Assembly (NCBI GenBank): GCA_964407835.1
Contig: CAYOXB010000004.1
Coordinates: 1-60,575 of the forward strand
From: an uncultured Bacteroidales bacterium
GTDB lineage: Bacteria; Bacillota_I; Bacilli_A; ML615J-28; CAG-698
Length of the DNA stretch: 60,575 nt
Direction of reading: 5' to 3'
The notes under the pieces were generated by a model. The model was not told the DNA's origin. It ran no database searches and saw only the letters and a program-made list of their open reading frames with translations. Shown piece by piece: positions 9,727-19,005 of this stretch; the first letter of the stretch is position 1; each line of letters begins with the position of its first letter. The position numbers were made by a program, and so were the translations under genes.

Positions 9727-12700
9727 ATGATAAAAAACAAAAGAATTTTATTATTATTTGTAGGGGTATTGATGTTACTAATAATGGCAGCATGTTCAAG
9801 AGATATCAAAGTTGTCTTTGAAGTAAATGGCGGAACTGCTATTACTGACTATATAGTTCCTCAAGGAACTATTATTGAAGAACCAACAATTAAAAGAACT
9901 GGTTATACATTCTTGGGTTGGTTTGAATCTAAAGAGTTTGAAGAAACATCAAGATTTACATTTGAAAATAAAGTTAATAGAAATTTAAAATTATATGCAA
10001 AGTGGCAAATTAATACTTATACCCTTAAGCTTACTCCTAATAATAGCGAGGTTATTGCTGATAGAAGTATAGAATTTGGTAAAGACATTAACTTGCCAAC
10101 ACTAACAAAGGAAGGTCATGGATTTGATGGATGGTATACTAATCCAGAATTTACTGGCCAAAAATTTACAGCAAGACAAATGCCAGCAGAAAATCTACAG
10201 TTATATGCAAAATGGAATATATTTGAATATTCGATTAGATTTTTTGTTGATGATGAAGTTTATGTTACAAAAACAGTAGAACACGGTAATGATTTATTAG
10301 ATGTTCCAGCTCCACCTGTAAAAGAAGGTAAAGTAAGAGCTTGGGATATAGTAGATTTTACTAATATTACTGAAGACTTAGATGTATTCTTAATAGAAGA
10401 AGATGCTTATTATACTGTTACAATAAAAGATGAATTTGGAACTATTTTTGAAACACTAACAGTAAAACATGGTGATAACTTTGTTCCTACTGTTACACCA
10501 ACTAAAGAAGGTTATACTTTTTTAGGTTATAATCCGGGAACTGATTTTGAAGTAAAAACTAATCTTGAAGTATTGGTTGTTTATGAAAGAATAGTATACA
10601 ATGTATTTTTTGTTAATCACTTAGGAACATTAATTAAAGAAGTAAAAGTTAATCACGGTGAAGATGCTCAAGCTCCAAGCTATAGTGCACCAGAAGGATA
10701 TAATTTTGATGGTTGGAGTGGAAGTTTTACAAATGTTAAGTCTAACTTAACTATTACTGCTACAATTTCTCCAAAAACTTATTTGCTTATATTAGATGCT
10801 GCTGGTGGTAAATTCTTAGACAATAATGAAGTTAAGACAATTGAAAAAGAATACCAAAGTAATGTAGGTATTCCAGAAACTCCGCATCGTCTTGGTTATC
10901 AATTTGGTGGTTGGTTTGAAAATGAAGAAGGAACTGGAACAGCTTATGTTTTCAGCCCAAGTTCATCAATGCCTCTTAATGGTCTTAAGTTATATGCGAA
11001 ATGGCATTCAATTAATTACACAATTACATATTTGAATTTAAATGGGATGGCTCACACTAATCCAACAACATTCAATATAACTTCCCCAACTATTATATTT
11101 AGTAACCCAACATCTAGAACGGGCTATACTTTTGTAGGTTGGTTTGATGAGTTAGTTGGCGGTAATCAAGTTATGGAATTAGAACATGCTTCAACAATAG
11201 GCAATATTATTCTATATGCAAGATGGGAAGCAATTAATTATTCGATTACTTATGTCTTAGAATCAGGTTTAACACATTCGAATCCAACATCGTTTACAAT
11301 TCAAACACCGCTTATCGTATTTACAAATCCTAGTCCAAAAACAGGCTATACATTTTTAGGTTGGTATAATGAAGCTGTAGGTGGTAGCAAAGTTGAATCT
11401 CTTCTTTTAGGCTCAACTGGAAATAAAACATTTTATGCTAGATGGCAAGCAAATACATATACTATTACATTTGATTTAGATGGTGGTGTAGGCCCAGCAA
11501 GTTTAGAAGTTACTTATGATGAAAACTTCACTCTAGGGGCAGCCTCAAAATTAGGTTATACATTTACTGGTTGGACATATTTAGGAAATTCATTTGGAGA
11601 TGGTAAATGGGAATTAACTGAAAATATTGTTTTAAAAGCAAATTATCAAGTAATTGATTATTCAATTAACTATAATAATTTAGAAGGCGTTTCTCATTCA
11701 AACCCAGCTACATATAATATAGAAACAGCAACTATTACACTTACAGATCCTAGTGCAAGAAATGGTTATACATTTGTTGGTTGGTTTGATTCTTTAGTGG
11801 GTGGAAATAAAATTGAAGAAATAGAAACGGCCTCAACTGGAGAAAAAGTTGTATTTGCTAGATGGGAAGTAGTTACTTACTTACTAACCTTTGATAATCT
11901 ACAAGGTACAACAGAAGGAAACCCAAATACTTATAATATAGAAACAGCAACATTTACTCTTACAGACCCTAATGCAAGACTAGGTTATACATTTACAGGC
12001 TGGTATACAGAACTTAGTGGTGGTAGTAAAGTTGAAGAAGTTCTTAAAGGTTCAACGGGGAATAAAATATTATATGCAAGATGGGAAGTAATTACTTATA
12101 CAATTTCTTATGGGAATTTAAACGGAGTAAGTCATTCAAATCCAACTACATTTAATATAGAATCTCCAACAATCACCTTTGTTAATCCAACTCCAAGGAC
12201 TGGTTTTACATTCTTAGGTTGGTATGATAATATTACAGGTGGTAATAAAGTTGAAGAAATTATCGCAGGTTCTACAGGTAGTAAAACTGTCTATGCAAGA
12301 TGGCAAGCAAATGAATATATTATTACTTATGATTTAGATGGTGGTATTGGACCAGAATCGTTAAATGTAGTATATAATTCTATGTTTACTTTAGGTGTAG
12401 CCTCAAAAGTAGGGTTTACATTCTCTGGTTGGTTATACCAAGGTGAACCATTTGAAAGTGGTCAATATACTTTTGATCATAGTATTACAGTTGTAGCAAA
12501 TTGGACAGTTTGGCCAAGAATCGAATTTGATTTTAAAGGTGGAAGTGGAACACAATATATTTCTCAAGCGCCTGGTACAGCTGTTAATGCTCCTACTAAT
12601 CCAGTAAGAGCTGGTTATACATTTGTTTACTGGTATGAACTTGATGAAGAAGTTGAATATGTGTTTACTATTATGCCAAATGAAGATATAACTCTATTAG

Positions 12701-15700
12701 CAAAATGGCAAGCTATCGATTATTCAATTAGTTATAATAATTTAGAAGGAACAACACATTCAAATCCTAACCTATATAATATAGAAACAGCAACAATTAC
12801 ACTTACAGACCCTAGTCTAAGAAGTGGTTATACATTTGTAGGTTGGTTTGATACTTTAACTGGTGGAAGTGAAGTAGATGAGATTGAACTTGGTTCGATG
12901 GGTAATCTTGATTTATATGCAAGATGGGAAGCAAAGACATATATTATTTACTATAATACAAATGGTGGGGATATTTTAGAAGATACTTTAGAAGTAACTT
13001 ATAATGAACCATTCACTTTAGCTTCAGCAACAAAGGTTGGTTTTACATTTGTTGGTTGGACTTATGAAGATGATCCATTTACTAGTGGTATATGGACATT
13101 TACTGAAAGTATTGTTATTAAGGCAGTTTATCAAATAATTTCTTACGATTTGGAATATGAGAATCTATTTGGTTCGACACATTCTAATTCTCTTAGTTAT
13201 AATGTGGAATCAGTAATAACTCTTACAGACCCAACAGCAAGAAATCATTATACATTTGTTGGTTGGTTTGATGCTTTAACAAGCGGAAATAAGATTGAAG
13301 AAATAGAATACGGTACTACTGGAAATCTCACATTATATGCAAGATGGGAAGCAGTAGAATACTCACTTACTTTTGATAATCTACAAGGAACAACACATAC
13401 AAATCCTAATTCATATAATATAGAAACAACAACAATTACTCTTACAGCACCAACTGCAAGAAGTGGTTATATATTTATAGGCTGGTATACACAAAATGTT
13501 GGTGGTACTAAGGTTGAAGCTATTGTTTTAGGTTCAACTGGAAATAAAGTATTATATGCAAGATGGAGTCCAATAAATTATTCAATTACTTATAGTAATT
13601 TAGAAGGAATGACTCATTCAAATCCTTCAACATATAATATAGAATCAATTATAATGCTTACTGATCCAAGTTTAAGAACTGGTTATACATTTGTTGGTTG
13701 GTTTGATAGTTTAACTGGTGGAAATAAGATTGAAGAAATTGAAGCTGGTTCAGCTGGAACTCTTACATTATATGCAAGATGGGAAGTTGTAGAATACTTA
13801 CTTGATTTTGAAAACTTACAAGGAACAGTTCATTCAAATCCTCTAACATATACAATCGAAGATGGATTTATACTTGAAGAACCAGGAATTAGAACTGGAT
13901 TTAGTTTCATTGGTTGGTTTGATGATGAAGATAGTGGTAGTAGAGTTTTAGAAGTAGTAGTAGGAACTACAGGCAATCTTACATTGTATGCAAGATGGGA
14001 AGTAGCTTATTATGATGTTTCTGGAACAGTTGTATTTGAAAAATATGATATATCTTTTGATCAAGAAGAAATAGAAGTAACAAAAACTACAGAATCAACT
14101 ACTAATTTCTTTATGAGTCAAATCTTACACGGAACTCAAATTTCCCCTATTATTAATTATCAAGGATATGTATTTGTTAGATTCGTGTATGATGGTGTAG
14201 AATATACAAATATAGAAGAATTAATTACAGTTGTTGGCAACATCCAAGCTGAGGACCTAACTATATATTATGATAGAATTATTTTAGAAGTTGCATTCAC
14301 TCAAAAAGTAGAAACAGGGGATGCATTCATAACTGAGATTAGATATGTATATTATAATGATGAATTATTGAATGTAAGTATTCCTCAATTTCTATATAGT
14401 CCTATTAATCAAACAGTAATGTGGGAAAGATCAGTATTTAAAAATATTATAATGACTACTGATGTTTCAGCAGTATATTATATTTATGGAAATCAAAGTA
14501 TTCGTTTTGTTGATGGGAATAGTATTATTTATATTGCTTCAGTACAAAATGCAGGTATTGGTGAAGATGAGAATACAATCTTTATAACTGAAGCTTCTCT
14601 TTTATGGGATTTAAAACGATCAGGTTATAAGTTTTTAGGTTGGTACTACCTTGATGGTGGTGTAGAGATTGCTTTAATTAAGGGAAGTTATAAATATAAT
14701 GATTTCCCATTAGTAGGAATAACAGAAATCTATACAAAATGGGAAGCTCTACCTAAATATAATAAGCCTGAAGTAACTGATGTAGAAGTTGATGAAGAAA
14801 ATGAAATAACAATTGAATGGACTCATGATTATGAAAGTCTTGATATTCCAACATTTGAATTTGTTATTAACCAAATTTTAGTTGATAGTTATATAACAGT
14901 AGTTTCTCAAGTAGGAAATACATTTACATTAACTATTTCATCAAGTTCAGCTGATTTTGAATTGTTTGCTGCTTTAGCTGATGTTGGAATGCATAGTGTT
15001 AGAGTTAGGGCAATTGGTGATGATGAGACAGTTGTTTCTAGTGACTTATCTGATACATTTATATTTGAAAAAGAATCTATTTACGATACTCCTCCAGAGG
15101 CAGTTAATGTTTATAACTACTTTATTATTGAAGAATATAAGGGTTCTAGTAGATATATTTTCTATACAAATATGACTTATCAATTTAATGATTCGTATAG
15201 TTTTGAAATTCTTACAGGAACTTCACTTGTTACACTAGAAAATGATTATACAATGAAGATGAATAATATTAGTGGTGAATTTAGGTTTAAACTAAATAAA
15301 CCAGGTCAACCTTCAGTAATATATGATGCTTTAATTATTAAAGATGTGAAACAATTTACTTATGGTAATAACTATCAAACATATTTAAGAGAAACAAATA
15401 TAGATAGCTCAAGCTATAAATTACAAGATGCTCCTTACTTTGTAGGAACAAAAAATCCATTTATGCTTGATATTAGACTATCTAATACTCGTGGTAATCA
15501 GATCTTATTGAGTGATGCTCATCTTAAATATGATTTCTATTTATTCAATGGGGCAGAATATGTTTTAATTCCTAAGAGTGAATTAGATGATCATGTTCAG
15601 ATGTTGCCAAATAATAAATTTGAATTTGAATCTGGTACTGAAGGAAATGAATATAAAATCGTTGTTCAACCTTTATACCAAGCAAGTAATATGTTTGTTG

Positions 15701-17136
15701 AAGAATTAGTATATGAAGTTAAGATTAATGATGGTTATAATGCGTTTTCTCATGCTGATTTAAAAGATTTATATTCTGATGAAAGTGTTAAGAAAATTAA
15801 TCTACACGCAAATATTACACCTATTCTTTCAAATGACCAACTAAATGCAGATGGCTCACCAAAGAATGTAAGAAATGGTAAAGGTAATGTTTATAGTAGA
15901 AATTATAGTTCTTCTAATCTAGATAATTTAGTAATTGAAGGTAACTTCATGACAATTAATGGTAGCAACCTACCTTACAGTAACGCAAGAAGTGGTTCTG
16001 GTAATGTAGGATATGCTGAGGCATTTGAAATTGTTAATGTACAAGTTGGAATATTCAATTATGATGTTTCAGGAAATGAAGATAATTTATTTACAATTAA
16101 CAATTTACAAATAATTGGAAATACTACTGTACCATCAGTTAACTTTGGTGGAACAGCTGAAGAAATTTTATTACAAGAACGCCTAATGAGTAGAAACTCT
16201 GGTGGTTATGTTGGCGTTATGATTTCAAATGGTTCAACAAACTTTACTAATATGCAAGTAAGATTTACAGTATTAGGATTTGATAATAATGCCTATGGTG
16301 AAGATGTAAAAATGACTTTAGATCATATTATAGTTGATGATATTTGGGCTAATGGTCTTTATGTATATGGTGGAAGTTGGACAAGCGTTAATAACTCGTT
16401 CTTTGGCCAAAGCGGTGGACCTGCTTTCCATATTGTTGATAGCCGTCAAGGTAGTGGACCAAGTAATATTAATACTCCAGTATTAGAGCTTAATAATACT
16501 GTTATTGAAAACTATATTTCTGGTGAAGAAGCATGGTTTAAAGCTTATGGTATGTCTAGTCTAGCTTTACAGTTAAAATCACAAATCAGCCAAGGTATAG
16601 CACCTACTGGTAGAGATATTATTAAATTAGTTACGCATCCAGTTACTGGTGTTCAAACAGAAATGTTGAATTTCATTTTATTAACTGAACCAAGTAACCT
16701 TGCTGTTGAAAAAGACGGTGAATCAAATACTATTGGTGCCTCAGAAGTTATAATTATAATTGATGGCAAAGTAATATATAGACCATTCTATTATTTATCA
16801 GTTCCTGATCCAAGAATAGACGATGGTAAATATGCTTTCCCAATAGGTTTATATAGTGATGTTAATGATTTTGCGCAACTAGCAACAGATATTGGAGCAT
16901 ACGCATTTGATCAGTATGGTCAAGTGTTAGCTGAAGCACAAATTGCTAATCTTGCAACACTTGCATCATTTTATAATATGACTGCAATAGAAGTAGTTAA
17001 TGCTTTAATGCTAGCAGGAGGGAATCCAGCTAATATGGTATTACCAACTGAAGGAATACCAAAATACTTTGAAGTGTTATCACCTCTTCCAGTTTTCCCT
17101 GATGGATTTGCTAATATTATTATGGGATTAGAATAA
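9727..17136 (+). CDS. Giant InlB B-repeat (Listeria-Bacteroides repeat) surface lipoprotein, 2469 aa
   Basis: Signal peptide with lipobox MAAC; about 20-22 repeats with GYTFxGW...LYAxW; FN3-like HSVRVRAIG segment; SD aaagga. Confidence 0.85.
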   Translation: MIKNKRILLLFVGVLMLLIMAACSRDIKVVFEVNGGTAITDYIVPQGTIIEEPTIKRTGYTFLGWFESKEFEETSRFTFENKVNRNLKLYAKWQINTYTLKLTPNNSEVIADRSIEFGKDINLPTLTKEGHGFDGWYTNPEFTGQKFTARQMPAENLQLYAKWNIFEYSIRFFVDDEVYVTKTVEHGNDLLDVPAPPVKEGKVRAWDIVDFTNITEDLDVFLIEEDAYYTVTIKDEFGTIFETLTVKHGDNFVPTVTPTKEGYTFLGYNPGTDFEVKTNLEVLVVYERIVYNVFFVNHLGTLIKEVKVNHGEDAQAPSYSAPEGYNFDGWSGSFTNVKSNLTITATISPKTYLLILDAAGGKFLDNNEVKTIEKEYQSNVGIPETPHRLGYQFGGWFENEEGTGTAYVFSPSSSMPLNGLKLYAKWHSINYTITYLNLNGMAHTNPTTFNITSPTIIFSNPTSRTGYTFVGWFDELVGGNQVMELEHASTIGNIILYARWEAINYSITYVLESGLTHSNPTSFTIQTPLIVFTNPSPKTGYTFLGWYNEAVGGSKVESLLLGSTGNKTFYARWQANTYTITFDLDGGVGPASLEVTYDENFTLGAASKLGYTFTGWTYLGNSFGDGKWELTENIVLKANYQVIDYSINYNNLEGVSHSNPATYNIETATITLTDPSARNGYTFVGWFDSLVGGNKIEEIETASTGEKVVFARWEVVTYLLTFDNLQGTTEGNPNTYNIETATFTLTDPNARLGYTFTGWYTELSGGSKVEEVLKGSTGNKILYARWEVITYTISYGNLNGVSHSNPTTFNIESPTITFVNPTPRTGFTFLGWYDNITGGNKVEEIIAGSTGSKTVYARWQANEYIITYDLDGGIGPESLNVVYNSMFTLGVASKVGFTFSGWLYQGEPFESGQYTFDHSITVVANWTVWPRIEFDFKGGSGTQYISQAPGTAVNAPTNPVRAGYTFVYWYELDEEVEYVFTIMPNEDITLLAKWQAIDYSISYNNLEGTTHSNPNLYNIETATITLTDPSLRSGYTFVGWFDTLTGGSEVDEIELGSMGNLDLYARWEAKTYIIYYNTNGGDILEDTLEVTYNEPFTLASATKVGFTFVGWTYEDDPFTSGIWTFTESIVIKAVYQIISYDLEYENLFGSTHSNSLSYNVESVITLTDPTARNHYTFVGWFDALTSGNKIEEIEYGTTGNLTLYARWEAVEYSLTFDNLQGTTHTNPNSYNIETTTITLTAPTARSGYIFIGWYTQNVGGTKVEAIVLGSTGNKVLYARWSPINYSITYSNLEGMTHSNPSTYNIESIIMLTDPSLRTGYTFVGWFDSLTGGNKIEEIEAGSAGTLTLYARWEVVEYLLDFENLQGTVHSNPLTYTIEDGFILEEPGIRTGFSFIGWFDDEDSGSRVLEVVVGTTGNLTLYARWEVAYYDVSGTVVFEKYDISFDQEEIEVTKTTESTTNFFMSQILHGTQISPIINYQGYVFVRFVYDGVEYTNIEELITVVGNIQAEDLTIYYDRIILEVAFTQKVETGDAFITEIRYVYYNDELLNVSIPQFLYSPINQTVMWERSVFKNIIMTTDVSAVYYIYGNQSIRFVDGNSIIYIASVQNAGIGEDENTIFITEASLLWDLKRSGYKFLGWYYLDGGVEIALIKGSYKYNDFPLVGITEIYTKWEALPKYNKPEVTDVEVDEENEITIEWTHDYESLDIPTFEFVINQILVDSYITVVSQVGNTFTLTISSSSADFELFAALADVGMHSVRVRAIGDDETVVSSDLSDTFIFEKESIYDTPPEAVNVYNYFIIEEYKGSSRYIFYTNMTYQFNDSYSFEILTGTSLVTLENDYTMKMNNISGEFRFKLNKPGQPSVIYDALIIKDVKQFTYGNNYQTYLRETNIDSSSYKLQDAPYFVGTKNPFMLDIRLSNTRGNQILLSDAHLKYDFYLFNGAEYVLIPKSELDDHVQMLPNNKFEFESGTEGNEYKIVVQPLYQASNMFVEELVYEVKINDGYNAFSHADLKDLYSDESVKKINLHANITPILSNDQLNADGSPKNVRNGKGNVYSRNYSSSNLDNLVIEGNFMTINGSNLPYSNARSGSGNVGYAEAFEIVNVQVGIFNYDVSGNEDNLFTINNLQIIGNTTVPSVNFGGTAEEILLQERLMSRNSGGYVGVMISNGSTNFTNMQVRFTVLGFDNNAYGEDVKMTLDHIIVDDIWANGLYVYGGSWTSVNNSFFGQSGGPAFHIVDSRQGSGPSNINTPVLELNNTVIENYISGEEAWFKAYGMSSLALQLKSQISQGIAPTGRDIIKLVTHPVTGVQTEMLNFILLTEPSNLAVEKDGESNTIGASEVIIIIDGKVIYRPFYYLSVPDPRIDDGKYAFPIGLYSDVNDFAQLATDIGAYAFDQYGQVLAEAQIANLATLASFYNMTAIEVVNALMLAGGNPANMVLPTEGIPKYFEVLSPLPVFPDGFANIIMGLE
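9811..14000 (+). repeat. Intragenic tandem InlB B-repeat array (about 20 units of roughly 65-75 aa)
   Basis: Recurring GYTFVGWFD..GG...LYARWE units with DNA-level near-identity (e.g. tataatatagaaacagcaac near 11715, 11933 and 12774); boundaries approximate. Confidence 0.85.
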
Positions 17137-17170
17137 AACATCTATAAAAACATATCTATAATTTAAAAAT

Positions 17171-17218
17171 AAAAAGTCTATATTTTCTCTTTTAAGCTTG
17201 GAATCTATAGACTTTTTT
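17171..17218 (+). terminator. Terminator-like hairpin after the giant lipoprotein gene
   Basis: AAAAAGTCTATA...TATAGACTTTTT inverted repeat with a long loop and T tract. Confidence 0.55.
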
Positions 17219-17239
17219 AATGCACCGTTTTGGTGCATT
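17219..17239. promoter_or_regulatory. Palindromic operator candidate upstream of the XRE gene
   Basis: Perfect AATGCACC-N5-GGTGCATT inverted repeat about 60 bp upstream of the ATG. Confidence 0.55.
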
Positions 17240-17297
17240 GAAATTTCTTGGTTTTTAAAAAGAATTGGAGTATTATATAATTAAGAGGGTGACTATT

Positions 17298-18182
17298 ATG
17301 AAGATAGGTGAAAAAATTAAAAGCTTTAGAATTAAAGCAAATATGACACAAAGTGAGCTTGCCTCAAAGTTAAATATTTCTAGACAAAGTATTTCAAAAT
17401 GGGAACAAGAAATAAACATACCAAGTTTAGAAATGATTAAAGAACTAGCAAGGATTTTCGATGTTAGTATATCAGAGTTTGTTGAAGATGAACCTGAGAT
17501 AAAAGTTATTAAAGAAGAAAAATATTTAAAGACTGCTCGTGTTTTGATAATGATTAGTGCAGCTCTTTGTTTTTTCATGATATTTTCTTCATTTGTAATT
17601 ATGAAAATAATGACTGATCAAGTTCCAATGCATTTTGATGCGGTGGGGAATATTACCCGATATGGTTCAAAATATGAAAGACTCATATTCATTGGTATTG
17701 TATTAATGTTTTTTGGAATGAGTTTACCTATTTATTTATTTTATAAAAAAAAGGATAGCTGTGATGCTAGTCCAGTTATTACAAGTTCAGTTTTATTGCT
17801 TGTGGAAATAGTTTTTATGATTGTTTTTCTTGCGAGTGGTTTTAGATATGCCAAAGATTTAAACAATGATTTAATTCCAACAATAATAAACTTATCTATT
17901 GTATTAATTATGACTATTAGTTTGTTTTCACTACCTATGTTTAATAGTAAAATTAATTATACTTTTGGTTTTAGAACTAAATTTACTATGAGTAGTGAAG
18001 AAGCATGGAATAAGATAAATTATTTTCAAGGAATTAGTGGATTAGTTTTTTCTTTTATTGCTTTTGTATTGTCGCTAATTATATTTAATAAAAATAGTAT
18101 CTATTTGCTATCACTTATATTTTTAAGTTTTATAATTTCTTTTATTTATCATGAAATACTTAGAAAGAAACAAGCTAATTAA
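17298..18182 (+). CDS. XRE-family HTH regulator fused to DUF1648/SdpI-like membrane domain
   Basis: MKIGEKIK..R....MTQSELASKLNISRQSISKWE HTH; DQVPMHFDAVGNITRYGSK (DUF1648); FGFRTKFTMSSEEAWNKIN (SdpI). ATG 17298 follows SD gagggtg. Confidence 0.8.
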   Translation: MKIGEKIKSFRIKANMTQSELASKLNISRQSISKWEQEINIPSLEMIKELARIFDVSISEFVEDEPEIKVIKEEKYLKTARVLIMISAALCFFMIFSSFVIMKIMTDQVPMHFDAVGNITRYGSKYERLIFIGIVLMFFGMSLPIYLFYKKKDSCDASPVITSSVLLLVEIVFMIVFLASGFRYAKDLNNDLIPTIINLSIVLIMTISLFSLPMFNSKINYTFGFRTKFTMSSEEAWNKINYFQGISGLVFSFIAFVLSLIIFNKNSIYLLSLIFLSFIISFIYHEILRKKQAN

Positions 18183-18213
18183 AAAACACTCTAGATTGAA
18201 CTAGAGTGTTTTT
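18182..18213. terminator. Bidirectional intrinsic terminator
   Basis: AAAAACACTCTAG-attgaa-CTAGAGTGTTTTT between convergent genes. Confidence 0.8.
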
Positions 18214-18223
18214 AATAGTTATA

Positions 18224-18880
18224 TTATTTTTTGAAATAACTATGAAATAGATCAAAGATTAATTTTGTTTCTTCACTATTTGCAAGAATTTCTGGATGCC
18301 ACTGGACTCCAATAATTGGAAGACTCTGATGTACATAAGCTTCTATTGTATTATCTTCAGCATATGCAATTACATCAAGTCCTTCAGCAGGTTTTTTAAC
18401 TGCTTGATGGTGATATGAATTAACTTCAATTGTTTCTTTAAAATTAATATGTTTATTTGGTAATACTTTCACAACATGTCCATTTGGTATGTCTGTATGA
18501 TCATCTCCAATATGTTGGTGTAATGAACCACCTAAGAATACATTAATAGATTGGTGTCCTCTACATATTCCAAGAATAGGTTTTTTTGTTTTTACAGCAT
18601 GTTCTACAACTGCTTTATCAAGTAAGTCTAGTTCAGGTTTAATACCTTCTGATAATCCTTCATTTTCTTCATTAAAATAGTTTGGATCTAAATCAGTTCC
18701 CCCAGTAATTAAGAAACCATCACATAGTGGTAGGATTTCTTCAATATCAGGGTTATTTGCAAGAAGAAGAATGACATTGAGTCCTCTATCTGTTAGTTGT
18801 TTTGCATAGCGTGTATTTACAAATTGTTTTTCAACGCCTTTTTCTGTCATAATTCTTGATGTGATTCCAATTAATTTCAT
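18224..18880 (-). CDS. Gamma-glutamyl-gamma-aminobutyrate hydrolase family (peptidase C26, class I glutamine amidotransferase-like)
   Basis: DGFLITGGTD, ILGICRGHQ, VNSYHHQAV, VQWHPE (Cys-His-Glu triad intact); start at 18880 follows SD aaggaga. Confidence 0.85.
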   Translation of the reverse strand: MKLIGITSRIMTEKGVEKQFVNTRYAKQLTDRGLNVILLLANNPDIEEILPLCDGFLITGGTDLDPNYFNEENEGLSEGIKPELDLLDKAVVEHAVKTKKPILGICRGHQSINVFLGGSLHQHIGDDHTDIPNGHVVKVLPNKHINFKETIEVNSYHHQAVKKPAEGLDVIAYAEDNTIEAYVHQSLPIIGVQWHPEILANSEETKLIFDLFHSYFKK

Positions 18881-19005
18881 AATAATCTCCTTTTTCAAAC
18901 TATCTAATTTTACTATATTTTAAGAAATAATTCAACTCTATTGTTTAAATCAAAAATTATTCATAGAAAATATAATTTATGGTATAATAATACTTGAGGT
19001 AATTT

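Noticed and set aside
17221-17237. NtrC/sigma-54 enhancer
   Set aside because: Matches the consensus shape, but no -24/-12 promoter or enhancer-binding protein is evident; an XRE operator is more parsimonious
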